Shown: positions 1 through 13,174, numbered from the stretch's first letter. The stretch: DNA of 64,000 bases from Dicyema japonicum (GCA_011109175.1 RDEW01000009.1:1229652-1293651); one strand, 5' to 3'. Notes: generated by a model not told the origin, from the sequence alone. Numbers and translations are program-made.

Positions 1-3000
1 GTCTTGGAAACCATTGTTTCAGTGAAATCCGAGTGAAACCGTCCGAAATTGTGTTGAAGAACTTGCCATTTTGGGTTGATGATAACGACCTTCATGAATT
101 TGTCAAGGAAATAGCTTCCTCTACTACAAGCATATGTCGTTTCTACAAGGGAGAAAGACTCCCTCTTGCAAAAGTTCTAGTTGGATCAAGGGCGGAGGCT
201 ACATCGCTGGTCCGTCTTGGTTTCAACATTGCCACGTGCCGATTACATGTGAATGGTACAGGAGAGGCTCACCTAGGTGTTTCAAGTGCCAACGCTATAG
301 ACACATATCCTCCTTCTGTAAGGAGAAGACAAAATGTCTCCATTGTGCAGGGGAACACGACCTGACTGCTTGTGGAGAGACTCCTGCGAACACAATGAAT
401 TGCATAAATTGTGGCTCGTCCTCACATTGTGCCAGATATGGTGGATGCCCAGCCGCCAAGAAATCTGATCAGAGGAAGCAACTAAAAGCGATGGACAGGC
501 GATAATAGGCGATATTGGGAGAACGTGGACAGCAAAGACAGTTACGTCAAAGTCGGCACCTAAAATTCGTCGAAAACTGAACGATGTCCCACCCAATCTA
601 TCAGAGAAGATATACACTGAAATATCGGAGATTATGTCACGGCTAAACTATCTGTGCTCGATTGCACATGTGGATTTAATGGAAACGGTGACTTTGGCTT
701 TGAAGAAGCAAGGTCACCCAAATGTTTGAAGCAAGGACTAAAAATAGTGCTATTGAATGCCCGATCTCTATGGAAAAGGCATAATGAACTAGCACTACTT
801 GCAAGGGCCTCCAAGATCGACATCTTGGTGGTCAATGAGACGATATTAAAGAAAGCGAAGAGTAATATAATGACTGGATACAATTCTGTGGACGTTTTAT
901 GGAAGGCTGGAGCAGTTGCTGTTACGAGCAACGTCTATTTTCAACCGGGACTGCCTCCGAATTCGTAATCCAATAGTCGTTTGTGATGTATTGTGTGAAT
1001 TTGTAAACATGGACGTTTGTTGCGACGGAGTATGGATTAGTGTTGGAGGTCTATACTCCAAGAATCTTGAGACTTGTTCTACAGATATCACTGAGTTCTA
1101 CAACAAGAATCCCTATACTATCTTAATTGGGGATCTTAATTCGAAGAACACTAGTTATGGTTGTAGCAAGACAAATCAGGATGGACGACGTTTAGAATTA
1201 TTGTCTGATTCATGTGGCTTTGTGATCCTTACGTCGGATGACCCAAATCATTTTTCTTATCATGGTGGCGACAAACTCGGCGTTTTCCTAGTATCGCCAG
1301 CTCTATCTGTGTATGTGGGAAAGCCAAAAACTCTATGGGATATCGGGAGTGACCATATTCCACAAGAATTAGTTATTACTTTGAGACCAGATGTTATGGA
1401 AGATGTCTTCTTGAAGTTCAACATATCTAACTTGGATTGGGGCCACTATAGGGTCTTCATATCCAATAATTTGTGTGTTCTACCGAGAGAGTTTTCAACC
1501 ATTGAAGGTATCAATGCTGTAAGTAGAGAATTAACAAATCTACTGCAGTCATATCTTCATCTGTATTCACGAAGAGTTTTCTCAAAAAAATCATTATTTT
1601 GTGTCGCCAATTATTATGAGGCTTATTCGGGAGAAGAATCGCCTAAGGGCAAAGCAAAGACGTTGTGCTGACAAAATAGACGGGGAATTCATATCAGCCA
1701 GAATCAGGATGATGAAGGAAGCAATCAGCAATATATGGAAGGAGGAGACTGACCGTATATGGAGGGCTGAGGCTGCAAAAATTGATATGAAGAATCCCTC
1801 TTTTTGGAAATGCTATCAGAAGATAATGTGTCCGAAGTCGGGTGCAGAAAAAATTATACTGGATAAACCAGACGGGGGAGTATGCATAACGGAGGAAACA
1901 CCTTCGATATTCAGGGATCAGCTCCAAAAAATTCAGGGTGTGGATCCGTGGAGTTTGATCCCTGATGACAAAAAGAAGGTGTCTGCCGATATATTTAAAC
2001 ACTCCGACGAGGAACTACCTATTGCTGATAGCACTGTCAGCATCTTTGAAGTGATGACAGCTATCAGGGAATGCAAGGTCAATGCTCCAGGATATGACCA
2101 CATATCAATGAAACTTATCAAAGAGGGTCCGGATATTTTGTTTGACTATCTGCGATGTCTTTATGATGGGTGTTTACGACTTGGCCACTTGCCTTTAATA
2201 TGGAAGAAAGCTGTTGTGAGGATGATTCCAAAACCAGGGAAGCCAAAGAGAGATCCGGCAAGCTACAGACCAATTAGCTTAATATGTTTTTTCGCGAAAG
2301 TGATTGAACGTATCATTTTCAAAAGGCTAAGCAGACATATAGAAGAGAATGACATTCTGATTCGGAACAGTGAGGTTATCGTCCCGGAAGAGGCTGTGCA
2401 GACTGTTTCTTTCTACTGAATTCTGAAATCATGAAAGCAAAGGATTCCAAGAGGCAAATAAACTTATTATGTCTTGATATCTCGAAAGCATTCGACTGGT
2501 ATGTCATGAAGCGTTGTTAAAGCAGCTTGTATCAGCATATGTTCCAAGATACCTATTTGTTTGGCTAGTAAATTATCTTTAGGAAAGACAATCTTTTGTG
2601 AAGGTGTGTGGAAATTTATCCGATGCAACATCATTCAAAAAAGGAGTACCACAAGGTTCAATATTGAGCCCTATTTTGTTTAATAGATTCATGGCGAGCT
2701 TTCCACGTCCGAAGAATATTAATACTAGTCTTCTTAATTATGCGGATGACGAAATCGTGGTGAACACATCTCTAAAATCTTCTATATCTGAAGGAAGAAT
2801 CCGGGAGTATGTTGACCAGATTGAGCATTGGTGCAACTTGAGAGGGCTAAATCTCTCTGCTGAAAAATCTTGCGCACTCTGAATAAGCAATGTGAAAAAG
2901 CACCTGAAACAAGAATACACACTGGGAGTAAACAATTCACACAGTCTGCGCTACCTGGGGGTCGACTATGGACACGCAGGAGATTACATGGACGACATAA

Positions 3001-3491
3001 ATGGAAGGAGAAAGAGAGCCTTTCAGTCGCTCCTATGTACACGGAAGTTGCACGTCACACTTACCTGTTTATCTTCAAGGGAGTTATTCTCCCTAGCCTA
3101 CTTTATGAGTGCGAGGGGTGGTTCTTCTCTCCGAAGAGGGACAAAATCTTATCCCTCCTAGAGAAGACTAGAAGAGTTCAACTAAGCTCTTCTTAAACAA
3201 GAAGCTGAAAGACTGTCTAAACGAGGACGAAAACAAACTCTTGGAACCGATTAGCAAGATTGTGGAGGATCGGATCAATGTTTCAGGAGGAGATCAAAGG
3301 TCCAGGACACATATATAAAGCTGGGAAAATAAAGATTAAAAAGCTGGGAGAAACGTTCCGAAAAAGATTAATAATAAAAAAAGGAGGAAGGGTCCAGGTG
3401 TGGAGTCCAAGCCTTATGGTATGACTCAGATGTAATACTCTCCAGAAATCTCCTTAACTCTTTTGTCAATAAATCGTTGTTGTTGCTGTTG
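1..3491 (+). mobile_element. Decayed LINE (Jockey/I-group-like): gag-like ORF1, APE endonuclease, reverse transcriptase
   Basis: ORF 134-505 has three CCHC-type knuckles (CFKCQRYRHISSFC, CLHCAGEH, CINCGSSSHC). APE motifs: NARSL..NET, IGDLNSK, SDH. RT motifs: KPGKP..YRPISL, LDISKAFD, GVPQGSILSPILF, YADD. Ends with AATAAA plus a (GTT)n tail at ~3467-3491. Multiple stops and frameshifts. Confidence 0.93.
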
Positions 3492-3938
3492 TGGTAGCAT
3501 TACTTACTTAAAGTATTGAAAAAGAGTCACCAACTTTCTATCCCGTGAATGGAGTCACATCTTGTTCTTCTACCACGGGGAAGTCGAAGAAAATCTTGTA
3601 CCAGATTACTATTACTAAGCACTCTCGCTGTGCCATGGTCATGCACTAGATCCAGTAGTCCACCCGGATCCTCTCCCTCACTGGAGCGTATCCAAATCTT
3701 TTGGAAGTCCCCTCGGTCGTCCACAGAATCAGGATTCCCGACGATAGTCAAGGACTGCCAAAAAAGTCTTCCATGGCCATGTTAGTTAGGGTCCCCAGAT
3801 CAATTGAAATTTAATATATTTAAAACTAAAATATGATAATTTTGAATATAAAAATAAAATTAACTAAATATTTATATTTCAATCAACTTAAAAATAATAA
3901 AATATTTTGCTATAGTAACTCTAAACTCTCAAAGAAAA

Positions 3939-6541
3939 ATGGAGCGATTTACGATTAATGTTGAATCCGATGATAAGTTTCATTAATATTTAACATCAAG
4001 AAATTATCAGTCAAAAACGATAGAACAGGTCAGTGATGTCTATTCCATAGTGAAAAAATTTATTTATAAGAGAAGATTCAGCGATTCGAGTCTGATTCGG
4101 TCTTATTAAAGGCAAGCAAATATTTTCTGGAGTTTCCTCAAAGAAGGAGGAAGAAAATTTATATAAATTGATCAGTTACTTCGGCAGCTTCAACAAGTTC
4201 TTGTTATAAAGTAAAACAGGCTATCCCTGAGTCGAGATAAATTTCCTGATATTGATATCAATTTTATCGAATCAGCAATCGAAGCAGGTGCTGATGTGAA
4301 TGAGGTTGATGATTATGGGCAAACAATACTCCACGATGTAATCAATTTCACTTTAATCGTTGCTAGGCAGCCTGTAACTGGTCAACCGATGTTGTTATGT
4401 TTCTGCTAAAACATGGAGTCAATGTAAATGCCATGGACACCTTTGGCAGAACTCCTTTGCACGTGGCTGCCACCGCTGACTATCCAGAAATGGTTCATTT
4501 TCTTGTCGGAAATGGGGCTGACATGAACGCCTTGACTAAAAGAGAGATGCAGACTCCTGTCCATTACGCAGCCAAAAACGATTCCACAAAGTCACTGAAA
4601 GCTTTGATAAAATTGGGGGCAAACTACAAAACTGTGAAAGACTATAAGAAGAGGACTCCTCTGTTCCTGGCTGCAGAATTAGGTCCCCTTTCCAGTTATT
4701 GCTAGACCGAAGTGAGACAGCCACTGTCCTAATAGACAACGGAGCTCCGGTAGAGGAACGAGACTACTGCGGACAAACAGCCATCATTTGGATGGCGAAA
4801 AAAATGCCCAAAATAGTATTTTTAAAGCCAAACCATTTTAGGCTGTGGAAGCTCTCAATACACTCCACACAAAGGACAAACGAAAGCGTAAACAAGAGTA
4901 TCGTCTTGATTGCCTCGAAAATGTCAAAGGTATTTCTGACAATTTGGGGTCACATTTAGGATCTTTCATTGACTTCTCTCCACCGTCTCTGGTTTATATT
5001 AAGTTGAAAATTCATAGTTAGCTTAAGGCAATAGCTGACTCCGAAAATTATGATTTCTTTCAGTGTCCGATAGTCAGAAAATTCATCGACATTAAATGGC
5101 GGAAATTTGGATTGTAAGTTTGGTTTGCCACGTGCGTAGGTTGAATGCCTGGGTGAACCTGATAATCACTTTACTCTTCAACGTATTGTGGACTGTTATA
5201 TTTTTCCTACTTCCCAGCGGAAATGTCTACAAGTATGTCTACCCGAAGGATTACGGAATCACGTTTACCTGGGTTTGTTTATTTTTATTATGAAAAGGTA
5301 TTTGCCTTGTTTTTCTTGCTGCTGATTTGGATTGTGGAAATTCAGGACTACAGGATTTCCAAGGCTTACAACAGCGTTGTGTTGCCTAAAAATGTTAGAA
5401 ATGGGAATCTTGGAGGGAAATAGAAATTCGGAAAGACATGGAGTTTTGTCATCCTCGATACCCGGAAGAACAGACTTATTGGGATATTGAGTTACAGAAC
5501 ACCAAGGAAGAGAGTCCCTCGTACTTTTCGGACAAAAAGTTTGAGTTGATGCCAAATTCAAGGAATGTGGTGGACTGGGTTGTTTTTATACTATTGCTTG
5601 TCTGTTTTATTATCCACCTAATCGCCCTGGCGAAGGAAGATTCAAATCTTGGGTACAATCTTAAAAGGGTCTACTCATTCGCCCTTCTTATGGATGAGGT
5701 TCTTGATGTGTGCTAACTTTTTTGAAAGTCTTGGTAATTCATTTTACCCTTCATTGTGATTCTGTCTCACACCATCAATGACATTGTTCGCTTCCTTTTT
5801 ATTTACTTTATTTTTTTCATTCCATTCTGTAAAACGGTAATTTGACTCAAAGACTGCTGCTTCTGGGTATTCTATGGAGGTTCTACGGGCTTTCCGGTCG
5901 ACAGTCAGAGATTTTCCACAAATGTCACAAAAATTACAGTCCAAGGCTTTGACAGCGTAAGACAGGGAATATTCACACTTTTTCGGATCTCCATGGTTGA
6001 CGACTATGACTACACTGTTTGCCTGAGTGAATAATTCCCAGAATATGTCATCTATCGACCCAATAATGTCAGATATTTTGATTGGATGCTGGATTTTCGC
6101 TACGAGCATAATCTGCATTAACCTGCTGATTGCTCTGTTGTCTGACACTTTTCAGAGGTTTGCCAGTTGTTATTTCCAGAGTTTACGACAACGCCTTTTT
6201 CAACGCAATCATGCAGAGAACGAAGCTCATTTTGGCGGCTGAGGAGAGTTTCATATACAAAAACTGCGTTCACGGATGTTACAAATATATTATAAGACAT
6301 TGCAACCCTGTTGAGGAGTTTTTCGACGACGATGATATGACGGATCATGATCTTCAGAAGGTCACCTTTATTGTCAAGGTTGAGTGCGGTCTGTTAACCA
6401 ACGCAGGATAAAGTGGAAGAAATGTACGAATATATCCAAAATAAGAACGACGATAACCTTAAGCAAATCACTGATATGTTTAGTGAGATAAAAACGACTG
6501 TTACGAAGTTATCGGAAATATTTAAAATTAAGGATGGGTAA
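3939..6541 (+). CDS. Ankyrin-repeat TRP cation channel (TRPA/TRPV-related, possibly TRPVL type), multi-exon with micro-introns
   Basis: Splicing GT-AG introns at 4338-4366, 4683-4705, 4816-4841, 4930-4959, 4992-5021, 5114-5139, 5273-5297, 5376-5398, 6017-6041, 6158-6179 and 6379-6406 joins the ORF fragments. Ankyrin repeats GQTILH, GRTPLHVAA, MQTPVHYAA, RTPLFLAA; then TM helices, pore region FRISMVDDYDY and S6/TRP region INLLIALLSDTFQRVYDNA. The frame is broken near 5690-5750 and the 5' exons are uncertain. Confidence 0.85.
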
Positions 6542-6704
6542 TGACATTCAACGCATTAAACGACATCTGCGTGCTGTCCACGGAGGCACTAGGGAATAAA
6601 TATTAACATAATAACAATTAACATTCTCTAATTATTGGTTTATAGAATACGCACACTGTCACCATATTCGATAGGGCTGTCTCTTGAGTGTCGATTAGCT
6701 AGGG

Positions 6705-6780
6705 CAGGGGTCAACAACCTTCTAAGCCAAAGAGACAATTTTTTGGCAATTAAAAAATTGAAGATCCATTTTTTTAATAA
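6705..6780 (+). mobile_element. hAT (Buster/Charlie-type) left terminus remnant
   Basis: CAGGGGTCAACAACCTT terminus preceded by an 8-mer with central TA (AGCTAGGG); resembles the terminus at 7182. Confidence 0.5.
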
Positions 6781-7059
6781 TAAAAATAACAAAATTATAT
6801 TTAATCTAATTAATGAGATTATTGACCCTGCATTTCTTCGTCAATAGTGCTATGTTTGGGTTGTAACTTGTCATTTTTAACTTAATACAAGATTCCAAAT
6901 CAGTAATTTGACTCCTTAATTTTGAATTGATCTAATTCATACGGTGTATTTTTAATTTTATTTAAAATCTCTGTTTTATTCGTAAAATTTTGGAATAGTT
7001 GTGGCATTTTTAGAAAACAGGGTTTGATTTATTCACCATCTGTGAATTTTTTTAAATGG

Positions 7060-7181
7060 TCATATAGCGGCTTCCCTGACTGCGTGGCTATTCCCTCTAA
7101 AGATGGCAAGCGAGATTCACTCAAATAACCAGCAGCGCTCACGAGGGTCTCTTGATCGTGTAGCGATCCGATTCCCTAGAC
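7060..7181 (-). mobile_element. CRE-clade retrotransposon 3' fragment
   Basis: Reverse strand encodes the RLE C-terminal end (GGGAATAGCCACGCAG), shared with 22860, 35280 and 63140; interrupted by a hAT terminus. Confidence 0.7.
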
Positions 7182-7700
7182 CAGGGGTCGGCAAATACTT
7201 TCGGAGAAGAGCCACTTTTTGACATTTTCGGAAATTGAGAAAAATTGAAGAGCCATTTTTTATTTGCTTATCACTTATTCTAATCAAAAGTCCAACAATT
7301 ATTAAGTAAATCATTTCAAAAAAATAAAATTAATTAAAGTCTCATTAATGAAAGATATGATTCCTCATTTCATTCGACAGTTGTCTGATGTCTGAGTCGT
7401 AACTAGTCAATTTTAATTTGAGGTTTGATTCTAGATTCAAGCCTGTAATTTTGTTCCAAGTTTTGAATATGAGATCCTCAGGTTTCTCCAGTTTTATATC
7501 AATATTGCTGCTTTTGCATTCTACAGAATAATTATTTTTTTCCATGTTTTCAAGTTCTTCAGAAAGACGAACAAATTTTGACGCCCATAAATCTTTACAT
7601 GTCAAGTCTAATAGTTGCATTTCAAACTCAGCTGCGTTAATTTCAAATGGAAATAAATTAAAAGTGCTCATTTTAGCACATAGAGGATTTATAACAAACG
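7182..7700 (+). mobile_element. hAT (SPIN/Buster-like) left TIR plus degenerate transposase fragment
   Basis: CAGGGGTCGGCAAA terminus after CCCTAGAC; ORF 7345-7671 (AAEFEMQLLDL..LWASKF) resembles the C-terminal part of GTF2IRD2/SPIN-type transposases. Confidence 0.65.
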
Positions 7701-7763
7701 ATAAAGTTGCTTTTTTTTAAATCCTGAAACCTAATAAATTAAAAAACCTATATATAAACATTA

Positions 7764-7964
7764 CCCGGGTGGCATAGCGGCTAGGTGTCGGGCCTAAGTG
7801 GCTTAGGTTACGGGTTCGAATCTCGCTGCTGTTCACCTGGTGGAAAGTTCCACGCATCTACGATGCAGAAAGGGTTTGACGAGTGACGCCGTCATTAGTG
7901 GATACTCACTGCGGAACTGGATTGTCTAGAAAGGACCCACACACAAGAAAAAGAAAAAAAGAAG
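7764..7964 (+). mobile_element. tRNA-derived SINE
   Basis: Pol III A box TGGCATAGCGG (7770-7780) and B box GGTTCGAATCT (7813-7823), a non-tRNA body, and an A-rich tail (AAGAAAAAGAAAAAAAGAAG). Confidence 0.7.
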
Positions 7965-8194
7965 TGAAGATCATTCCTTGGTTCTACGATTAGTTAAAAT
8001 TAACTGTTCTTTACTTAAATAAAGTGTGTGACTATGCGGAGCTATAAATATTATGGCTCTCGTGAAAAGGCTTTATTATTATTATGTAAACATTAATTTT
8101 GAACCTATCTTTAAAAGATTCTCTCATATACGAAAAAACATTTTAAAATTTTTAGATTTTTAGGTCAATTTTTTAAAGAAAAAGAGATCAAAAT

Positions 8195-8416
8195 TAAGGC
8201 ATCTGAATGGCCATGCTATTTCCCCTAACAATAGCCAACGAGATACGTTCTCGGAACAACCAGTCTCTCGCGGATCCTTGGTTTACAGCTTGAATCATGG
8301 AGCCGATCTTACGAACCAACTCATCTGCTTGGGGGCCAAGGATTCCTGACGTTTCCACCGCGAATGGAACAAATATATACTCCTCCGAAATTCTCTGGTA
8401 CTTCCTCCTCTTTCGT
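8195..8416 (-). mobile_element. CRE-clade retrotransposon 3' fragment (RLE end)
   Basis: Near-identical to 52925-53136, which encodes FVPFAVETSGILGP..ERISLAIVRGNSMAIQML. Confidence 0.85.
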
Positions 8417-9249
8417 AAAATGGGTTTATTTATAACTTGATTATTTTTTTTCTAAATATTGATGTAATTTAGAGAAATTTAAAATATCCCGTTCGATATC
8501 CTCTTCAAACAGAATTAATTTTTTTCAAACAATATAACTTCCTCAAATATGGAAAGGCTATATTCCCACTTTCTTGCAATTTTGAGTTTAGTTGGATTAG
8601 TTCTGATGTTACGTCGACCATAAAATAAAATTTCTGCAGCCATTGGTCATCAGTAGGAAGTTGTTTCTAGCACTTAAAAAATTTTTAGAGCTAAAAAATC
8701 ACAAAATCTAGCAATTATAATTAAAAAGTTAGCACAAAATGATAAAATCTAGCATTTAAAATTGTAAAATCTATAACTAAAATAATAAAATATAACATTT
8801 AAATTTTATTTATTGTAATATAATAAAAGGTAATGCTTGATGTTGTCTGGATGGAAGTTCCTATTTTTTAAAATATTTTTTAGCATTTTAATAGCTCTTT
8901 CAACAGATGCAGAGGATGCCTGACAGCGTGTAAGAGAAAACTACATCACTTAATTCGTTATAAGAATTTTTTTCTTATTAAAAAAAAGTTTGATTTCTCG
9001 CATACAAAATGAAAGCCGAGAACGTTCCCCTCGGGAGCAAACCAACTTTGATGTACTGGAGAAGATCACTATACTCATTGTTCGCTTCTTTTAACAAATT
9101 TTTAAATAGTCTGTCAGAGTCTGATAAATCGTCAGTTACCCGTTTGGGGGTAAATTCCTATACTTTGCTTCCATACTCTTCATATACTTAACATAAAATG
9201 TTTTACTCTTTAAAAATTTAAAAAAAATTCAATTAATTCAAGTCCGGAA

Positions 9250-9700
9250 ATATGTATTTCTACTATAATTTCTCCGCCATTTTCAGGTTCTATGGAATAA
9301 ATCGGAAAATTTTGCTCTACTACACAGTATTTAGCAGTATCCAAACCATCATATAGTGGATACCTCTTCGGCAATATAGCGATTTCTAGGACCCATCGCG
9401 ATTATGGATTAAATTGTGCTTAGCCTTAAATTAGTCTAAACGATTTAATTACTTCTGGATTTGAGTTTCAATTCAATATCTTCAGCACAAAAGAATCACA
9501 ACTTGTAACCTTTCTCCTATGGTAAGTTCCTTCTTAGTCAAAAATAAAATTTATAGCTATTTTCGATTGAACGATCTCTTTCCCGTCTTAAGATGTTTAA
9601 CTCCTCCTTTATTTCCTTTATTTTTTTTGATTTCTCTTTAAATTTGCACCAGACGCATTTCACGCCAATTTAATTAATTAATTTTTAAGATATTTTATTT
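9250..9700 (-). mobile_element. Tigger/pogo transposase N-terminal remnant
   Basis: Reverse translation gives CENP-B-like KELTIGERLQV and KRYPLYDGL segments; heavily decayed. Confidence 0.4.
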
Positions 9701-10189
9701 ATCAATTAATAAAATTTGTAAATTCCAATGGTTTTTAAATATTCTTAATATTTTTTAATTCAATCTGTGGAAAATGGCGATTTATCGGACTGCGACATAT
9801 TCGATGGTTAAGTCCTTTAAATAGATAATAAATAATATATTACTTTTGATTTAATGAAGTTAGCAATATTTATCACCAATTCGATTCTATTAAGTGGAAT
9901 AAAATTCGTTTCCAGATGTTCTACAACTGTGTCGACAAAATCTTGATCACGAGTTTGACCCTTTAGAGGCAATAATGCCAAAAGTTCTTATCTAAGGAAG
10001 CCTCAAGACACATAGCGAACAAACAGAGACACCTAAGGATAATATTTAAAAAAATATCTGTGCAATGTCATTTATATCACATGATTCATCTATTGCTATC
10101 GAAATCGAATTAGCTTTATTTCAGGTCAGTAACTTGTTGAATAGTTGCATTCGAAAACATCTTAATAGTCCCGTCTGCTACTTTTCCCG

Positions 10190-10470
10190 TTTCAACTTCT
10201 CGCCTTTTCAACGGCAGAACAGGCTCCAGAGGCACTCTATAGTAGGTCGCAAAAGGCAAACGTGTTGATGCAGGTGACATCCAAGACAAGAGGTTTCTCG
10301 GCTCTAAAAGGGAAGATTGTCATCCATCTGGTCGCTTCCGTCCGCCTGCATGACAAACTGGTTCGAGCATGGAGGGGTGTCCGGCGTCGTCCAAAGCTCG
10401 CCTAACGACTTCGTTCAAGGCCATGTGTCTGGGAATCTGCCTGCACTTTTCCTGTAACCATTTCTGGATC
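10190..10470 (-). mobile_element. CRE-clade RLE fragment
   Basis: ORF 10320-10502 reads HMALNEVVRRALDDAGHPSMLEP..GRKRPDG. Confidence 0.8.
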
Positions 10471-10479
10471 TGTGAATTG

Positions 10480-10760
10480 TTTTTCCATTTTTGCAATCTC
10501 ATGACTGACGATTTAGCTTCAATATTAGTAGTCCTGGCAGACTGCTTCTAATAATGAAATGTTGAACTTTTAATTTTAATATTTTTTGGAGTTCTTCCAC
10601 ACCTAGTTTTGTGCATTGCAATTGGATATTTCAGTGAATAATCACCATGTTTTGAATTTACGTGTCTCTCCAGATTTGACTTAATGTTCTGATTGAATGT
10701 TTCGTGGCGAAGGAGACATTTTGAAAGTGATCTGATATTATGACAAAAGTCTCAGTCCAT
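10480..10760 (-). mobile_element. hAT (SPIN/Buster-like) transposase N-terminal remnant
   Basis: Reverse strand reads CLLRHET..NIKSNLERHVNSKHGDYSLKYP, a degenerate BED-like zinc finger. Confidence 0.5.
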
Positions 10761-10819
10761 CGAGGTTAAAAAACGTTTCTATCCGTTTTTTACTTTTTTC
10801 TTATTTATAGTCATTATTT

Positions 10820-12240
10820 ATTTATTTTATTTATTTAATAACCCCGAAAAGGGAACACCAAGAAAGAAGGAGTAAACAAATCAATTAATTGATTCCTATG
10901 TTCCTTCAGAGTACCCACGGTTTTCCTGAATAGACGACGATCATTTTTTATTAGAGTTTGAAGAGAGGTGGGTATTTTCCCAAATTTTGTGTATTTGAGG
11001 CCTCCAGCCTTGAATGGAAGAAACGACTTGTTTCTTGACCACACAGACCGATGAAACCGGAGCCGTTATTTTGATTGCGGAGTGGTCAAGCATTGGGGGG
11101 AAAAGATCGGGGGTAGATTTGTTAGACGTGCAAGTTTGCCTGTTAGGGAGTTGATCTTGTATGAATTGGACATTAAAGCTCCATAAGCCAATGGAGTTTT
11201 AGAAGTTGATCACGTCTCTACCGTCAGTTTTAGAAGTTGATTGAACAAGACGACAGCGCATTCCCGTGACGGCCTGAACTTCAAGAGCGGTTTGATTATA
11301 TTTAGTTTCCTGAGACCCTTTGTCATAACGTTCTTCACATGTTGAGAAAATGTCATCAAAGGGTCGAAAGTCACTCCTAGAATAGTTGGATGAATCTGTA
11401 ATGGTAAAGAGTCTCCATAAATGTTCAAATCCAGTGTATGTTTTTCTTTTCTGTCCGTGGTGAAGATTGTATACTTTGATTTATCCCTGGATATGGAGAG
11501 ACGATTCAACTTAAACCAGGCTCCCAGGTCGTCAATATGTGACTTAAGCTCTGATTTTGCTATACTTACTTATTTGTTCCTGCAAGCGATGATTAGGTCG
11601 TCAGCATAAGTGAGAAGCATTTATTCTGGTCTTCCAGGGCAGGGTAAATCGTTGAGGAATAAGTTGAATAACGCCGGAGAGAAAGGGGATCTTTGAGGGA
11701 CGCTATTTGGTAGGAAACGGGACCTCGATCTTGCATGGCCTATAAATACACGTCCTCTTCTTCCGGAGAGAAAATTGGCTATCCATCTTTTCAAAGCCGG
11801 CTGAATGGTGGAGTCAAAAATCTTTTTCGTGAGTAATGTTCTCGGACAGAATCGAACGCCTTCTGGATGTCTAGGGAGACCACTATTGTCCTTAGATGAC
11901 GTTTTGGTTCGTTGAACTCTTCTGATATAAATTGAGAGTAAAGTCAAATGTGTCGTAGTTGATCGCTCATATTTTAAACCATGTTGAAAGTGACAGTCGG
12001 GCAAATGGGATTTAATTTTCCAAAGTACGAGTTTCTCTATTATGCGAGATAATGCGCACGTTAATGAGATTGGACGGTAGAAAGAAGGTAAGGTTTTCGG
12101 TTTTCCTGGTTTTAGGATTGGTATTATAAATGAGTTCTTTCCATTTGCATAAGATGACGTTCTTGTTAGAAGACAAAAATTAAAAATTGACGTAATCGAA
12201 TTGATTGCAACATTACCAAGGTGTTTTAGCAAAATTCCCG
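10820..12240 (-). mobile_element. 5'-truncated LINE, RT domain and 3' end
   Basis: KPGKPK..YRPISLTC, SPALFNLFLNDLP, TYADD, ILGVTFD; (ATAA)n-type tail at ~10815-10838. Confidence 0.9.
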
Positions 12241-13174
12241 GATGCCGTCAGGACCACACGTATAAGATCTCTTCATCGATCTTATAGCCAGTGTGACCTC
12301 GGCATACGTAAATAAATTGATCCACAAAGTTGGTTTAGGCATTATAGTCATAAGTTATAATTGAAGAGCCACAAAAATAATTTATGATTAAGTAAGATTT
12401 TTTAAAATTAATGTATGAAAAATATATATTAATTTAAATAAAAATAACAATTTAATATAAAATAGTCTGACCGCCTCTTTTATTCAGTAACTTATTCTTA
12501 GTCATTACTTTACAATATTTTTATAATTTAAAATATATGCGAGACGTGATTCGTGTATATCGATACTGTTATGGCACCGAAGCTTGACGGATTTGGAGGT
12601 TTCCTTTCTTCACACTGGTATCCTTCTTTAAGTCGTTTGATTGGATGATTATTGATGGTTTTGCAATGAAATCGGTTGTTTGATTGGCTGATTATAGAGA
12701 CCGCTTGAAATTGGATTTCCCATTTCTTGAAATCAATGAAGTGGGAAATAAGTCTTCGGACACATGTTTTTGTGATAGGATGTTTAGGCCTATTCATAAT
12801 GTCAATTGAAATATATTCCTAATCATATATGTCTGTAAACTCATTCAGGCGTATTCTGCGTCATCATAAGTCAGACAGTCCTTGGTATGGACAATTGTGC
12901 AATCTATGAAGAATATTTACAAAAGTTGATAAGAATTCAGAAATCTAAAGATATTATATCACTAATTCTCGCTTAATAAAGTCTTAGTTCAATATTCGAA
13001 AATGAAATTGTTCTTATTTAAATATATGTAAATTAACTCATACGGTCATTGTGACTGCTTTGACACTTCTCATAATGGATCCAACGGTACCATGAATGGA
13101 AGTACAATTGAGGACGATCGAGATGCAGTCCAAGAAGACCTAAGGAATTCAAAAATAAAGATCTACAATGTTGA

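Noticed and set aside
3527-3790. GC-richer island with short ORFs on both strands
   Set aside because: No recognisable motif; probably TE debris.
7764-7836. Functional tRNA gene
   Set aside because: There is no 7-nt anticodon loop and no proper acceptor stem, and it continues into a SINE-like body and tail.
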